The notes beneath the pieces are model-generated. The model was not told the origin of the DNA. It worked only from the letters and a program-made list of their open reading frames with translations, and did not search any database. From the NCBI RefSeq assembly GCF_009914755.1, contig NC_060928.1: a stretch of DNA of 64,000 nucleotides. One strand, written 5' to 3'. The position numbers were made by a program, and so were the translations under genes. Positions 31,401-45,761 of this stretch are shown piece after piece. Source of the stretch: the human T2T-CHM13v2.0 reference genome, Homo sapiens. The stretch's first letter is position 1, and each line of letters opens with the position of its first letter.

Positions 31401-34400
31401 AGATCATTCAAGAGCAGATTAATGTCCATATACTTGTATAGTTTTGAGTGTTCCTTTTGGAGTTAATTTTCAAATTTATTCCACTGTAGTCTGAGAGAGT
31501 ACTTGATATAATTTCAATTTTCTTAAATTTACTGAGACTTGTTTTGTGACCTGTCATATGGTGTATCTGGTAGAATATTCCAGGTGCTAATAAATAGAAT
31601 GTATATTCTGCAGTTGTTGGATAGAATGTTCTGTAAATATCTGCTAAGTTCATTTGTTGTAGGGTATAGTTTAAGTCCATTGTTTCTTTGTTGACTTTTG
31701 TCTTGATGACCTGTGTAGTGTTGTTAGTGGAGTATTAAAGTCCCCGACTATTATTGTGTTGCCGTCTATCTTTTTTCTTAGGTAGTAGTAATTATTTTAT
31801 AAATTTGTGAGCTCCAGTGTTAAGTGCATATATATTTAGGATTATGATATTTTCTTGTTGGACTAATCCTTTTATCATTATATGATGTCCCTCTGTGTCT
31901 TTTTTAACTGCTTCTGCTTTAAAGTTTGTTTTATCTGATATAAGAATAGCTACTCCTGCTTGCTTTTGGTTTCCATTTGCATGGAGTATCTTTTTCCACC
32001 TCTTTACCTTATGTGAGTCCTTATGTGTTAGGTGAGTCTCTTGAAGACAGCAGAAATTTGGTTGGTGAGTTCTTATCCATTCTGCAATTCTGTATCTTTT
32101 AAGTGGAGCATTTAGGCCATTTACATACAACATTAGTCTTGAGATATAGGGTACTGTTCTATTCATCATAGTAGTTGTTGCCTGAATACCTTGGGTGTTT
32201 TTTTTTAATTGTGTTATTGTTTTATAGGCCCTGTGAAATTTATGCTTTTATGAGCTTCTATTTTGGTGTATTTTGACATTTTGTTTCAAGATTCATAAGT
32301 CCTTTTAGCATTTATTTAATACTGGCTTCGCAGTGGTGAATTCTCTTAGCATTTGTTTGTCTGAAAAAGACTTTATCTTTCCTTCATTCATGAAGCTCAG
32401 TTTTGCTAGATACAATATTCTTGGCTGATAATTATTGTTTAAGGAGTCTAAAGGTAAGACCCCAATCCCTTCTGACTTGTAGGGTTTCTGCTGAGAAATC
32501 TACTGTAAATCTGATAGGTTTTCCTTTATAGGTTACCTGATGCTTTTTTCTCACAGCTCTTAAGATTCTTTCCTTCATCTTGACTTTAGATAGCCTGATG
32601 ACTTTGTGCCTGGGTGATGATCTTTTTGTGATGAATTTCCCAGGTGTTCTTTGAGCTGCTTATATTTGGATGTCTACATCTCTAGCAAGGCCTGTGAAGT
32701 TTTCCTAAATTTTTCCTTCAAATATGTTTTCCAAACTTTTAGATTTCTCTTCTTCCTCAAGAACACCATAGTTATTATGTTTAGTCATTTAACATAATCC
32801 CAAATTTCTTGGAGGCTTTGTTCATTTTTTTATATTCTGTTTTCTTTGTCTTTGTCAGATTGGATTAATTAAAAGCATTGTCTTTGAGCTCTGAAGTTAT
32901 TTCTTCTACTTCTTCTAGTCTATTGCTGAAACTTTCCAGTGCATTTTGTATTTCTCTAAGTGTGTCTTTTCCAGAAGTCATGATTTTATTTTCATTATGA
33001 TAGCTATTTCTCTGGAGACTTTTTTATCCATACCCTATATATGTTTTTAATTTCTTTAAGTTGGTTTTCACCTTTCTCTGGTACCTCCTTGAGGAGCTTA
33101 ATAATCTTCTGAATTCTTTATCTGGCAGTTCAGAGATTTATTCTTGGTTTGGATGCATTGCTTGGAGAGCTAGTGTGAACTTTTGGGGGTGTTACAGAAT
33201 CTTGTTTTGTCATATTACCAGATTTACTTTTCTGGTTCCTTCTCATTTGGGGAGACTGTTTCAGTGGAAATATCTGGAACTCAAGGCCTGCTCTTCACAT
33301 TCTTTTTTTTCCATGGGGTGAGCCCTTGATGTGGTGCTCTCCCCCTTCCCCTAAGGATGGGTTTTCCTGAGAGCCAGACTGCAGTGATTATTATTGCCCT
33401 TCTGGGTGTAGCCATCCAGCAGGATTACCGGGCTCCAGGCTGGTGCTGGAGAACGTCTGCAAAGAGTCCTGTGATGTGATCCATCTTCAGGTCTCCCAGC
33501 CATAAATACCAGAACCTGCTCTGGTAGAGGTGGCAGGGTAGCGAAGTGGACTCTGTGGGAATCCTTGGTTATAGTTTTGTTTAGTGTGCTGGTTTTCTCA
33601 AATGCTGGTTACACTGGCAGTGAAGTTGTCACATGGACAGACTCAGGACCTCTGCTTAGCCAGGATGTTGCAGGCGGTGAAATTAGCTGTTGTTTTCTCC
33701 TTCTTTGGAGCAGGGTGGTTCTGTTACGAGTTGCTGTAATGGCTTGAGTTGATTGGCCTCCAGTCAGGAGGTGGCACTTTCAAGAGGGCACCATCTGTCG
33801 TAGGAGAATGGGGGGATATAAGCTTGCCCTACCTTAGCCAGGATAAGTATTCAGGTTTCTCTGGCAGTGGATGGGGCTGTAGAGCTCCCAAGAGTGCCTT
33901 TTGTCTTCGGCTACCAGCATAGGTTGAGAAAAACCATCAGATAGAAGCAGGGTTAGGTGGGTCTGAGCTCAGACTCTTCTTGTGCTGTGGCCACGGTGGG
34001 GAATGGCAGGATGCTTCTCAGTCCAATGGAGTTATGTTTTAGGGGGATTATGGCTGCCTCTGCTCTGTCATACATGTCACCAGGGAAGTTGGGGAAAGCC
34101 AGCACTGACAGGCCTCACCCAGCCCCCACACAGCCAACAAGGCCAGTCTCACTCCTGCAGTGCCCCGCCAACAGAGCCCAGTTTATATTCAGGCTGCAGC
34201 AGGCAGCGCTGAGATCTTGCACGAGGAGGCTATAATCCTCCCCACTGAGAAAGCAAGCAGGGCTTTCAGGCCTGGAGCCTGTCATAGGGTGTGGCTTCTG
34301 CACTCCTATCTGCACTTCCCATTCACCCCCATGGATTCTGCTCAGGAAAATTTGTGCTTGGTCAAAATTATTACAGACTTCAGCTAGAAGCTTCCTTTAA

Positions 34401-34862
34401 CCTGTAGCCCCTTCCCAGTCCCACTGGCTGCGTTACTCAAGGACCCCTGTGAGATAAAGCCAGGGATGACTTCCATAGGCTGGGGACTGGGATCTCCTAC
34501 AGGGCTCTTCCCGCTGTTGGTCTTCTGTTTTGCTTGGCTCCCTAAATTTATTTCATCTCTAGGGAAAGTTAAATCCTTCTCCTGTGATCTGGATTTTTAG
34601 GTTCCCCAGTAGGGATGTGTGTTCAGAGGTAGGCTTTTCCCCACCTCACACTTTGGGAACTCAGTTTTTCAGCTGTCTCACAGAGTTTGCAATGGCAAGC
34701 TACTTCTTTCAAAGGGTCTGTAAATTCCTTTGGTTTTCCTGGTATGTTCCTGCAGTGGTTCTTGGAGTAAAAGTTCATGATGTGAGTCTCCACACGCTAT
34801 TCTGTTCATCCAAGTGGAAGCTGCATGTTAGTCCTGTGTCCTATCTGCCATTTTCCCCCATC
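28135..34862 (-). mobile_element. Full-length L1PB-like element (~6.7 kb), inactive
   Basis: EN (31792..32169, 31408..31680) and ORF2 C-terminal fragments (28794..29123); the 5' end reads gggggaaaatggcagatagg on the minus strand; decayed TSD cct(c/t)atca(g)tttttaa. Confidence 0.9.
28460..28487. repeat. (TG)n microsatellite
   Basis: Directly visible inside the L1 3' UTR. Confidence 0.9.
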
Positions 34863-35749
34863 AAAAATCACCTTATCATTTTTAATTGGGTCTATAAGAA
34901 GCTATCAGATCTAAATGTCCTTCCCTCCCCTGCCACCAAATCTATATACTTTCCTGCACTTGTACCCATCTTCTCTACTGTGACAGTAGAGGAAGCATCA
35001 CTCCTCCTATAGGCTAATTCTTCTACTTAAATTCTGATTCCATTCCTTCTCACATCTTGCTAAATTCCTTCTTTTGGTTAACTCTTCTTTTTTCCGGCAA
35101 TAACAAACAAGTATCTCCCTGAAGCATTGCAAGTTGAGTTACAGAGCTGAGAAAGAAGCTGAGTTCTTTGCTACATTATTACCCTTTACAACTCAGAGCT
35201 TATTATCACCATTCCGGAACTTATACTGACACTATATAATTCTATTTAAGGGAAGGTTTACGGACCTGGTTATTGAGTCAGATTCAGCATTCATGGCATG
35301 ACATCCGTATCCTAGGAATGAAAGCAGAGTCTGTGCCCAGGTGTCCATGAATAATATATCTTTGCTTTCATCTCTTCAGTATTCTGGAAAGCCTGGCTTC
35401 CCAAATTTCCATCCTAAAAATAAAACAAAGAAACCCTCCTTTAAACCCATGACACCTTTCTACTTAACCCAGTCATTATTTATTTGACTTTGTAGCCAGA
35501 CTTCATCAAGAAGCTCCTGACAGCCACTGTGTCTACTCTTTACTTCAACTTAGTTTTTTCTTTTTCTCCACTACTTCTTGGAAATTAGCCTTGCCAAGGT
35601 ACCCACTGCCTGCATGTTGCACAATCCAGTGGATTTTGTTACCTATTCACTTGACTTTCTAGAAACATTTAACACAGTTTACCACTCCTTGTTTTTTCTA
35701 CCACAGTACCCTCCTGGTCTACCTGCTCTCCACCCTACCACCCACAATA

Positions 35750-36690
35750 TTGACAACAAATTTCAAATATACAATACATTATTATTAACTGTAGTCTCCA
35801 TGCTCTACATTAGGTCTCCAGGAGTTATTAGTTTTACAACTCCAAGTTTGTACCCTTTGATCAATGTGTCTCCATTTCCCCTTCTTTCTAACCGCTAGTA
35901 ACCACCATTCTACTCTGTTTTTACGAGTTCAACCTTTTTAGATTCCACATATGAGTGAGATTATGCAGTGTTTGTCTTTCTGTGTCTGGCTTACTTCACT
36001 TAACATAATGTCTTCCAGGTTCATTCATATTGTTGAAAATGGCAGAATTTTCTTCTTTTTGGGGGGGCTGAAAAATATTCCATTATATATATGTCATGGT
36101 TTCTTTATCTGTTCCTTTATTGGGACATGTAGGTTTTTTCTGTATCTTGGCTATTGTGAATAATGCTACAGTGAACATGGGAGTGTAGATATTTCTTCCG
36201 ATCTTAATTTCACTTCCTTTGGATATATACACAGAAGTGGGATTGCTGGATTATATGGCAAGTTATATTTTTATTTTGTTGAGGAATCTCCATAGTTTTC
36301 CACAATGCCTATAAAAATTTACATTTCTGCCAACAACATATAAGGGTTTTATCTACATCCTCACGAAAACTTACATTTTGACTTTTTGATAATAGACATC
36401 CTAACAGGAGTGAGGATATCTCATTGTGATTTTGACTTGCATTTCTCTGGTGATTAGTGATGTTGAGCACCTTTTCATATACCTGTTTGTATGTCTTCTA
36501 TAAAAGAAAATGTCTGTTCAGGTTCTGTTTCCATTTTTAAATCAAGTTACTTGCTTTTTACTGTTGAGTTGTGGGAGTTACATATATACTTTGGGTATTA
36601 ACCCCTTATTGGAGATATGGTTTGCAAATATTTTCTTCTGTTCCGTAAGTTGTCTTTTTATTTTGTCGATTATTTTGTTTGCTTTGTAGG
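35750..36690 (-). mobile_element. L1MA-like 3' end
   Basis: Antisense L1 3' UTR motifs (gattccacatatgagtgagat). Confidence 0.8.
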
Positions 36691-37205
36691 AAGGAAATGT
36701 AACCCAAGATGGTTTTTACTTCAGTAGCTTCCCCATAGCTCTTTGGTAAAAATCCATAAACTTCTCAGTATAGTATACTATATAACACCTCTTTCTCCAA
36801 CTTCATCTTACACCATCCCCTTCACCCCACTTACTAGATTAGCTATACTTCTCTCTTTGCCCAGGAGAGAAATAGTCTTCTGTCTTTGCCCAGGGCAGTG
36901 TGCACGTGTTATTTCTTTTGGCTAGAATACCCTTTGTCTCGCTGGTGCTGAAGCTTAAATTTCAGCTCGTTAGGGAGGGATTCTGCAACTGGTCTGCATG
37001 AGGTAAGCTTTTCTCTCATTATCTTCATATAAGCCCCATAATTGTTTCCTTCAAAGCACTTATCACACTTTGGGGTTGGTTTAATCTTTTTTCTGTTTCT
37101 TCTGCTGTAAGCCTCATGAAGGTATGTCTTGCTCAACATTTTATTCCTAACATCTACTTTTGTTGCCTGGTACTTGGTAACACCTCAGCAATTGTTGCTG
37201 AGTTA

Positions 37206-37264
37206 TTAGGTTGGTGCCAAAAAAAAAAATGACAAGAACTGCAGTTACATTTGCACCAGCCTAA
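37206..37264. mobile_element. MADE1 mariner MITE (internally deleted)
   Basis: TA|ttaggttggtgc...gcaccagcctaa|TA: terminal inverted repeats with TA duplication. Confidence 0.85.
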
Positions 37265-38046
37265 TAGTAAAAATCCATTAGGCGGTTGTGAATGTAGAAC
37301 TGAACTTTGTTTGAAAAACGAAAACTCAAGATTTCCTGAAGTAAGAGATAGAAAGAATGAGGAGTATATTCAAAGGGGAATATGGGGAAAAAAAAGAGTG
37401 ATCTAGTCACTGGGGAATGGAAAGACCTAATCAGAATGTGAGAGGAAAAAAGACTGCCAATTTGAATTGTGTATTTTTGGAGCATAGAATTTCCAGGAGA
37501 TTTCAAGCAGGCCACAGCAAAATGTGAATGGAGCAAAGTTACTGGAAAAAGCATAAGGTTTTTTTGTTTGTTTGTTTTTTGTTTTTAAGAAAGCAGCTTC
37601 AGTAGAACAGAGAAAGAAATTAATTTGATTTATAGGGTTTGAGTGGATTAAGAAAAATTAGAGGCATTAAATATAGATAATTTAAGACAGAAGCAGAATG
37701 GCAAATGAAGTGTCTTAGAAGATCAAATACATCTAGATGTAGAAGAAATAGAAAGCGATATTTGAAAGCCAAGGACATTTGGTAATTCCATTGATCATGG
37801 TAAAGATTTAGATGAAGTATTATAAAACATCTGCCTTTTTCATTTATATTTCATTATAAAACATCTGCCTTTTTAATTTTGCTTCTTAGAAGACTCTAAG
37901 ACTCTTATTTTAAATTGTGGAATTATTTTTTCATCTTTTCAGTTAATATATTCTACTAAATTAAAAATGATGAGATAGAGGTAAGAGGTGAATGTAGGGA
38001 AGAGAGAGGTTAAATTAACCTGCTACTGTCTACCTTTTTCTTTCAG

Positions 38047-38170
38047 CTGGACAACATGAGGTTGTAGCTATAGGCACAGGTGAATACAATTACAGCCAGG
38101 ACATTAAGCCAGATGGAAGAGTATTGCATGACACTCATGCTGTTGTTACAGCAAGAAGGTCTCTTCTTAG
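38047..38170 (+). CDS. ADAD1: ADAD1 coding exon 6 (deaminase motif I)
   Basis: Acceptor tttcag|CT; [11 protein letters not shown]...[15 protein letters not shown]; donor TAG|gtaaga; 124 nt. Confidence 0.95.
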
Positions 38171-38407
38171 GTAAGACAATACATATATTAATGTTATTAA
38201 ATATGAATGCCCTCAGCCCAAAGTAACTTCATATAAATGTCTTCATTTACAAATGGAATTTTATTGATCATAGAGCCAAGGATGTCACATTTTCTTATCT
38301 AAGTCATCGGATTAATTCCATGTCACCTTTGGAACATTTATCATAATAACGCCAATGTCTACCCTGTGGATTTTAGTGGCTTCTATTATTAAGAACTGTG
38401 AACTCAG

Positions 38408-39034
<627 letters not shown>

Positions 39035-39776
39035 TCCTACAATATATTTTTTTGAAAGATAAAAATAACACTTTTTTATGACTAAAGTTACTGGAAAGTG
39101 TAGCTTTTGACCCGCACTAAGTAGGCTTGGTCTTATTTCACCCCTGAATTAGCCATAATTGTCCAAGGACAGCACCAGAAACCAACAGGTTTTTATTCAT
39201 GAGGATTACACAAAGTTTACCATAAAGCAGAGTATATAGATAAGGGATTCTTGAGGCTGACATATCTTGAAGAGAGAGGGAGAAAAGGGCTTAGGTGAGC
39301 ATGCCTAGTTTCTTTTTCCAGACTCAGTCACTCTGTTCTTTACAAGAGGAATGAATAGCAAGTGGGAAAGAAAGGAATTTGCAAGTCACTTCATATGAAA
39401 ACATGTAAAATGGGAAATGAGTGCTACTTCTCATAATATCCACCAGCTTTTGGTTATTTTTTGTTTTGTTTTTAATTCTTCTTTATTCCTACTAAATTAG
39501 GAATTCTTTTTTAAATTTTATAATTTCTTATTTTTAATTTTTGTGGGTACATAGTGTATATGTTTATAGCGTTCATAAGCTATTTTGACACAGGCATACA
39601 GTGCATAATAGTCACTTTAGGGTAAATGGAGTATGTATCACCTCAAGCATTTATCTTGTGTTACAAAGATTTCAATTATAGTCATTTAGTTATTTTAAAA
39701 TGTACAATTAAATTATTGACTATTGTCATCCTGTTGTGCCATCAAATACTAGATCTTATTCATTTTGGTTCTTTAA

Positions 39777-40118
<342 letters not shown>

Positions 40119-41360
40119 TCTTACGGATGTTTTCAAAGACACTCAAGTGAGAATAGGATAACAAATTCTCATTCAGCTTCAACAGTTATTAGCATTCTAC
40201 TGTCCTTGTTAAATCTCTGCATTCTCACTTTTTGTGTTGGTGTTTTCTTCACTAGAGTATTTTAAAATAAATTTAGATACATACACCTGAAAAAATATAA
40301 ATTTGTGTCTCTAATAATGAGGAATCCTATAATCTTAAACATTATTCAGCAAGACTATGAGGGTAATGCATCTCATTGCCCTCCACCCCTCTTGGTGCTT
40401 ATGGAATTATTTGACCTCTTTAAAAGCTACCTCTTTTGTGTTACTTATTCCTGTGCTTGGCGTTTTTACATACTGCTGCTTAATTTTTACTATATATTTT
40501 TGATGATGGGATTCAAGGGAGTATATCTTAAAGTCATGGTTTATTAAATAAGCAAAATAGTATTTGTCCTTGATTTGATTAGTTGTAGTCTTTCAGGAGA
40601 TCTGCTTCCCTTTTTAGAAAAAAAAATTTGAATTTTAAAATTTTTAATTATTGTGAATATATAATCTGCATATTTATAAGGTAAATGTGATATTTTGATA
40701 CAACCATTAAATGTGTAATGATCAAGTCAGGGTAATTGGGATATCCCTCTCCTCAATCGTTTTTCATTTCTTTGTGTTAGGAGCATTCCATTTCCACTCA
40801 TTTAGTTATTTTGAAACATACAATAAATTATTGGTAACTGTATCTGCTTCATTTCTTAATACAGCTTCTGGTGTTCATTGTATTGTTCCTATGCTCTTGT
40901 ATTTTTTCTTTAAAACCATTAAGGAGCAGGGACCACAGTTTTTGTCATTTTTGTAGTAGTTTGTTTGGGTAGGTAAGGGGAAATAGAAGTAAGGCAGAAA
41001 GTTGGCAGTTCATCTGGGAGGCTGGGAGCAGAACTCTCTGAGGAAGAAGGGAGCAATCAGTAGAGAAATGAGTCTTTTGGAGAAGATGATAGTTGGGAGA
41101 CTCTAATGTGAAACAAAAGTGGAGTAGTAGAGAAAGGATGGTGTTTTAAGTCAGGTTACAGGGCAGACTGGGCTCCAGTTGAGAACTTTCAAGAAACTTA
41201 ATTTTTCATTAAATAAAGCTAAGATTGATTTAGGAGTTCTTACCTGTGTCAAAACTTTTAACATGCAGGACATTGCTTCTGACACATGTGGACATGATGC
41301 TCATTAAGATATATCTTTTATAAAGTTTATTACTTGACAAAATTATAACATTTATTTTAG

Positions 41361-41531
41361 GTACTTTTATAGACAACTTCTGCTCTTCTACAGCAAAAAT
41401 CCTGCTATGATGGAAAAATCAATATTTTGTACAGAACCAACTTCTAATCTACTCACTCTTAAACAGAATATCAACATTTGCCTTTACATGAACCAGTTGC
41501 CTAAAGGATCAGCCCAGATTAAGTCACAGTT
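41361..41531 (+). CDS. ADAD1: ADAD1 coding exon 7
   Basis: Acceptor attttag|G; [10 protein letters not shown]...[16 protein letters not shown]; donor GTT|gtaagt; 171 nt. Confidence 0.93.
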
Positions 41532-41720
41532 GTAAGTATTATAGAAGTTGTTTTTAAAAGCAAGTAGGATGGCCATGCCATACATTCTGACTTTCTACAG
41601 CAAATAGAACATATAAATTCTAATTACCCGTATTTTCTCTTCAGCTTTGAGTTGTTATTTGTGGCCTGCAGGAGACCCCAAATCCTTTTCCCTTCCCGTC
41701 AATCTAATCTATTACTTCTA

Positions 41721-41950
41721 CAGGTTGAGCTTCCCAAATCCAAAAGTCTGAGATTCAAAATGCTCCAGAATTGGAAACTTTTTGAGCACTGACATGACGC
41801 TCAAAGGAAATTCTCATTGGAGCATTTCATATTTCAGATTTTTGGATTTGTGTTCAACTGGTATGTATAAAGCAAATATTCCAGTGTGAAAAAAATAAAA
41901 TCTGAAACACTTCTAGTTCCAAGCATTTTAGATAAGCAACACTCAACCTG
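41721..41950. mobile_element. Tigger4a/MER46-like DNA transposon fossil
   Basis: TIRs caggttgag...ctcaacctg with TA on the left. Confidence 0.8.
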
Positions 41951-42718
41951 TGACTAAAAGTTCCATGTACTTCACCACTTTTTTTGCTATGCTATGCTTT
42001 AAAAAAATCTTCTACTCCTTTCTACTTTTAAGACCTCATAAACTTGAGGAAGTATGGATTTATGCACTACTCACATACAAATACGAGAGTTAAGAAAAAC
42101 TTTAACCTATGGCCAAAATATTATTGCTTTGATGAATGAATATCATCAGGTAGCATAACACTTAAACAGTACAAACAAGAACAAAGAAGACAGTAAAAGT
42201 CACTTTAAGTCTGACCATCTAGTGGTAAACATGGGTAATATTTTAATAAAAATCCCTCTAGGAACACCTTTGAAATTAAGGTCAGTGTTCTCTAGAAAGA
42301 ACCTTAAAGAAAAATAATTTTGCATTTTTATTGAAGATGACAAAGAAAAATAGTTTTCCTTTTTTTCATTCTTTCATTTTGTAATTTTAAAAAATTTTCA
42401 TACAGAGGAAGGAACTAATTCACAAACTATGATAGGGATAACAATTAGTGTTTCTTTGGGTTTTAAGGGACATAAAGTGGTGATAATATGAAAAATATCT
42501 CTGTTGGAAGCTCTAGATGTGGTTCATTTCTGTTTTATAGTACTATTGTAGAATAAAGGCACTCCACTCCTACCTTGCTTTCTTGCATCTGTTTCTGTTA
42601 CTGGAATTAAATGTACACTGGGAAGTTAAACATGTTACAGAACAGCTGTTAGGTACAGGTAGATTTTGTTCTGTCACCTTTGTTTTTTAAAGGAAGAAAC
42701 TTTCTTTTCTTTCTCTAG

Positions 42719-42948
42719 ACGTCTTAATCCACATTCTATATCTGCATTTGAAGCCAATGAAGAACTCTGTCTCCACGTGGCTGTTGAAGGCAAAATTTAT
42801 CTGACTGTTTACTGTCCTAAAGATGGTGTTAATAGAATAAGCAGTATGTCCTCAAGTGACAAATTGACCAGATGGGAAGTGCTTGGTGTACAGGGAGCAT
42901 TGCTGAGTCATTTTATACAGCCAGTTTACATCAGCAGTATACTTATTG
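42719..42948 (+). CDS. ADAD1: ADAD1 coding exon 8
   Basis: Acceptor ttctctag|A; RLNPHS...[35 protein letters not shown] (ADAR-like motif III); donor TTG|gtgagt; 230 nt. Confidence 0.95.
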
Positions 42949-43987
42949 GTGAGTGGGATTTCAGAACCTCCTGGGCCTCTCACTCACTAAGCAAATTCTC
43001 TGTATTTTACTTATCAGTATAAAATTAGTTTTAGTTTTTGCATACGTGAAACTTTATTTAAGGTCAAAACACAGATCTGCTGTTTTGTAGAGCTGTTGGT
43101 TTCATGATAAATTATCAGGGAGAATGAATGAATCCCAAAGGTGGGAGGCAGAGGTTGTGGGATAAAGATGCCATAAGTTGTAGTGACCGTCCAGCTGGAT
43201 AAGGAAATTCCAGAGAGAGCTCCTTCTGGTGCTTTGGGAAAGATCAGAGACACAGGGAAATGAGGGAAAGATCAGAGAAAAACCTTGGTTGTGAAGCTTA
43301 TTTCTGAGGCCTTTCAATTTTCAAAGCACTCAGCATGCTGAAGTTTCATATTTTGAGGAATTGTTTTCTGTACCCCAACATTATTTTAAAGCATTATTTT
43401 ACTTTTCAAAAAGTTTGCAGAAACAAATTTTATGCTGTGGATGTTCTGTAGATAATCATTTTGTCATTTTATGGTGGTGGAATTTTTAAATTTAAAACAT
43501 GGGATCTAGGCTTGCATTAAAAGGGCATTTACTATATTTAAACAGAACTATTTAGATAGAGTAATCTGGAAAAAAATTCTCTTTCTTGACTATTAAAAAA
43601 TAGCTAGATTTATATTCATTCTCAAGCTTTTTACAATATATCTTGCAAATTTGGTAACCCCATTACAATTATTTTTTCTGCTTAAGTACTTCAAAAATGT
43701 TTGTCCAGAAGTTATTTCCATCCAGAGGTCCTTTTCATATACTGATTTGATTTGTATAATTGAAGTGTAGAGAATCCTTCCTAGTGAAGAAATCCACTTT
43801 AAATATAGTTCGTGGACTTTTAAGAAGCAGCTGATAACCTTAGGGAATCTGTTATTCAGTCCTTTCTTTTTCAGATCACATTCAGAATGTTAATAAAATG
43901 CTTGCCTAAAGTCAGTCAGTTTGCTTAGTGGTAGAGCCTGAATTCAAACCCAGTTTTCATAACTTTTCACGCTGCTGCTTATGATAG

Positions 43988-43990
<3 letters not shown>

Positions 43991-44022
<32 letters not shown>
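43991..44022. repeat. (AT)16 microsatellite
   Basis: Directly visible perfect repeat. Confidence 0.95.
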
Positions 44023-44025
<3 letters not shown>

Positions 44026-45523
44026 TTATTGTCAGGTCAGGTCTTCTATAGTGTTTGATTAGATTTAACCTTTGACTTTAACCTTGGAGTTTCGTGTTAT
44101 TTCAGATCCTTTTGAATGAATCAAATCATAATTTTTCAATTATATGGTATAATTTTAGATATTTATTTTCTAGGAACAAGATTGAGCCTCAAGATGTATT
44201 AAAATCATACCTCAGATATAGTAAATTATTAATGCACACATATATGAAGGGAAAAAGTAAAATTTATAATAAAATATTTATAAACTTTTTTCTATTATAT
44301 TAGGTTTTATACTTCCCATTAAAGCATCTACGTAAACAATTTGATGTTTAAAGCATTTCATGAGGAATTTGACTTACAGGTGTTTTTTTTTTCTTCCTTT
44401 TTCCAAATGTCTTTTTTTTTGGGGGGGGGGGTACAACTACTGTCATTATTTCATTGCAGAATGTAATAAATACATTAGGCTTTTTAAAAATCCTTATTAT
44501 CTACTGTTCATTGTAGATATATTAACTATTCCTCACACATTTTTTTTCCAACTTTTATTCTGTGCCCAAGTATATTTTTATTTGATTAGTTTTCTTTTGT
44601 CACTCTTGTTTTGTCTTGATCATTTGTCACTCTTGATAAACACTTAAGGAAGTGTTTAGAAAAAGGATACCAAAAGCAGTACATGTCCTTTTTACATCAT
44701 TTTCTAGTGCCCAGATAGTCATAATGCAGCCCTAGTAACTATCTCAACAATTTTAATCATAAGGACACAAAACTTTATTTGTGAAATATGTCTAGTGGTT
44801 TACAAAGATTCTGTTGTTGCAAGAACTTCTGACCTTCTGAGGAAGAAAGAGATATGCTTTAGAATTACTGTTTTTTAAATAAGAATGACTGCTTCCTAAC
44901 TTCTGTTTTAAGTTTGATGCAGCTCACTGTTTTTTAGTAGTAACATTGCATCTTTTTGAGATCTCTCCTTCAATAATTATTATAACTGAGAATTCAAAGC
45001 TTTTGGTATTGGCACAGTTTTAACCAGAAATGGTCATTCTTTAAATTATTTTGCAGTGTGAAATTGAAGCATTGTGGTATTGGCAAAGTTGTAATTTGTG
45101 GCCCTTAGATGTTTGAAAGTAACTCACTTTCACCAGTTATTTCTCATCCAGATTTGTCAACTGTACTTGCAAGAAATCAGCATACAATGCGGTCAACAAA
45201 TCTGGATGTACCAGATTTCTTTCTGAGTCAGTTACTAAAGTACCAGTTTCTGAGCAGCTGTGACTCTTTGCTAATATTCAGTAGAGGGACCTGTCATTAT
45301 TTTCTGTATCAGAGTCTTTTTTAAAATGGAAAATCTGTTATTACCTTGTTCTGGTTCTGATTAAGAATATGGAGTAGATGCTAAGAGAATAGAACTAGGA
45401 AAGGGAAGGTTGAAAGATAAAGGATAGAGAAATGGGCTTTAGACGATTTCCAATCATTTCATTTATTTTATTTTGGGATGTTCTTTTAATATTGAACTTG
45501 AGTGTTTTGTTTTTGCTTTCTAG

Positions 45524-45761
45524 GTGATGGGAATTGCAGTGATACCAGAGGCTTAGAAATCGCTATAAAGCAACGTGTTGATGATGCACTCACTTCAAAA
45601 CTTCCAATGTTTTACTTAGTCAACAGACCTCATATTAGTTTAGTACCCTCTGCATATCCCCTTCAAATGAACTTGGAATATAAATTTCTGAGTCTGAATT
45701 GGGCACAAGGAGATGTTTCTTTGGAGATTGTGGATGGCCTGAGTGGGAAGATCACTGAAAG
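45524..45761 (+). CDS. ADAD1: ADAD1 coding exon 9
   Basis: Acceptor ctttctag|GT; [11 protein letters not shown]...[23 protein letters not shown]; weak donor AAG|gttaaa; 238 nt. Confidence 0.92.

Noticed and set aside
42681-42753. Alternative AG acceptors around coding exon 8 (42692, 42696, 42753)
   Set aside because: Offsets of 26, 22 and 35 nt are frameshifting.
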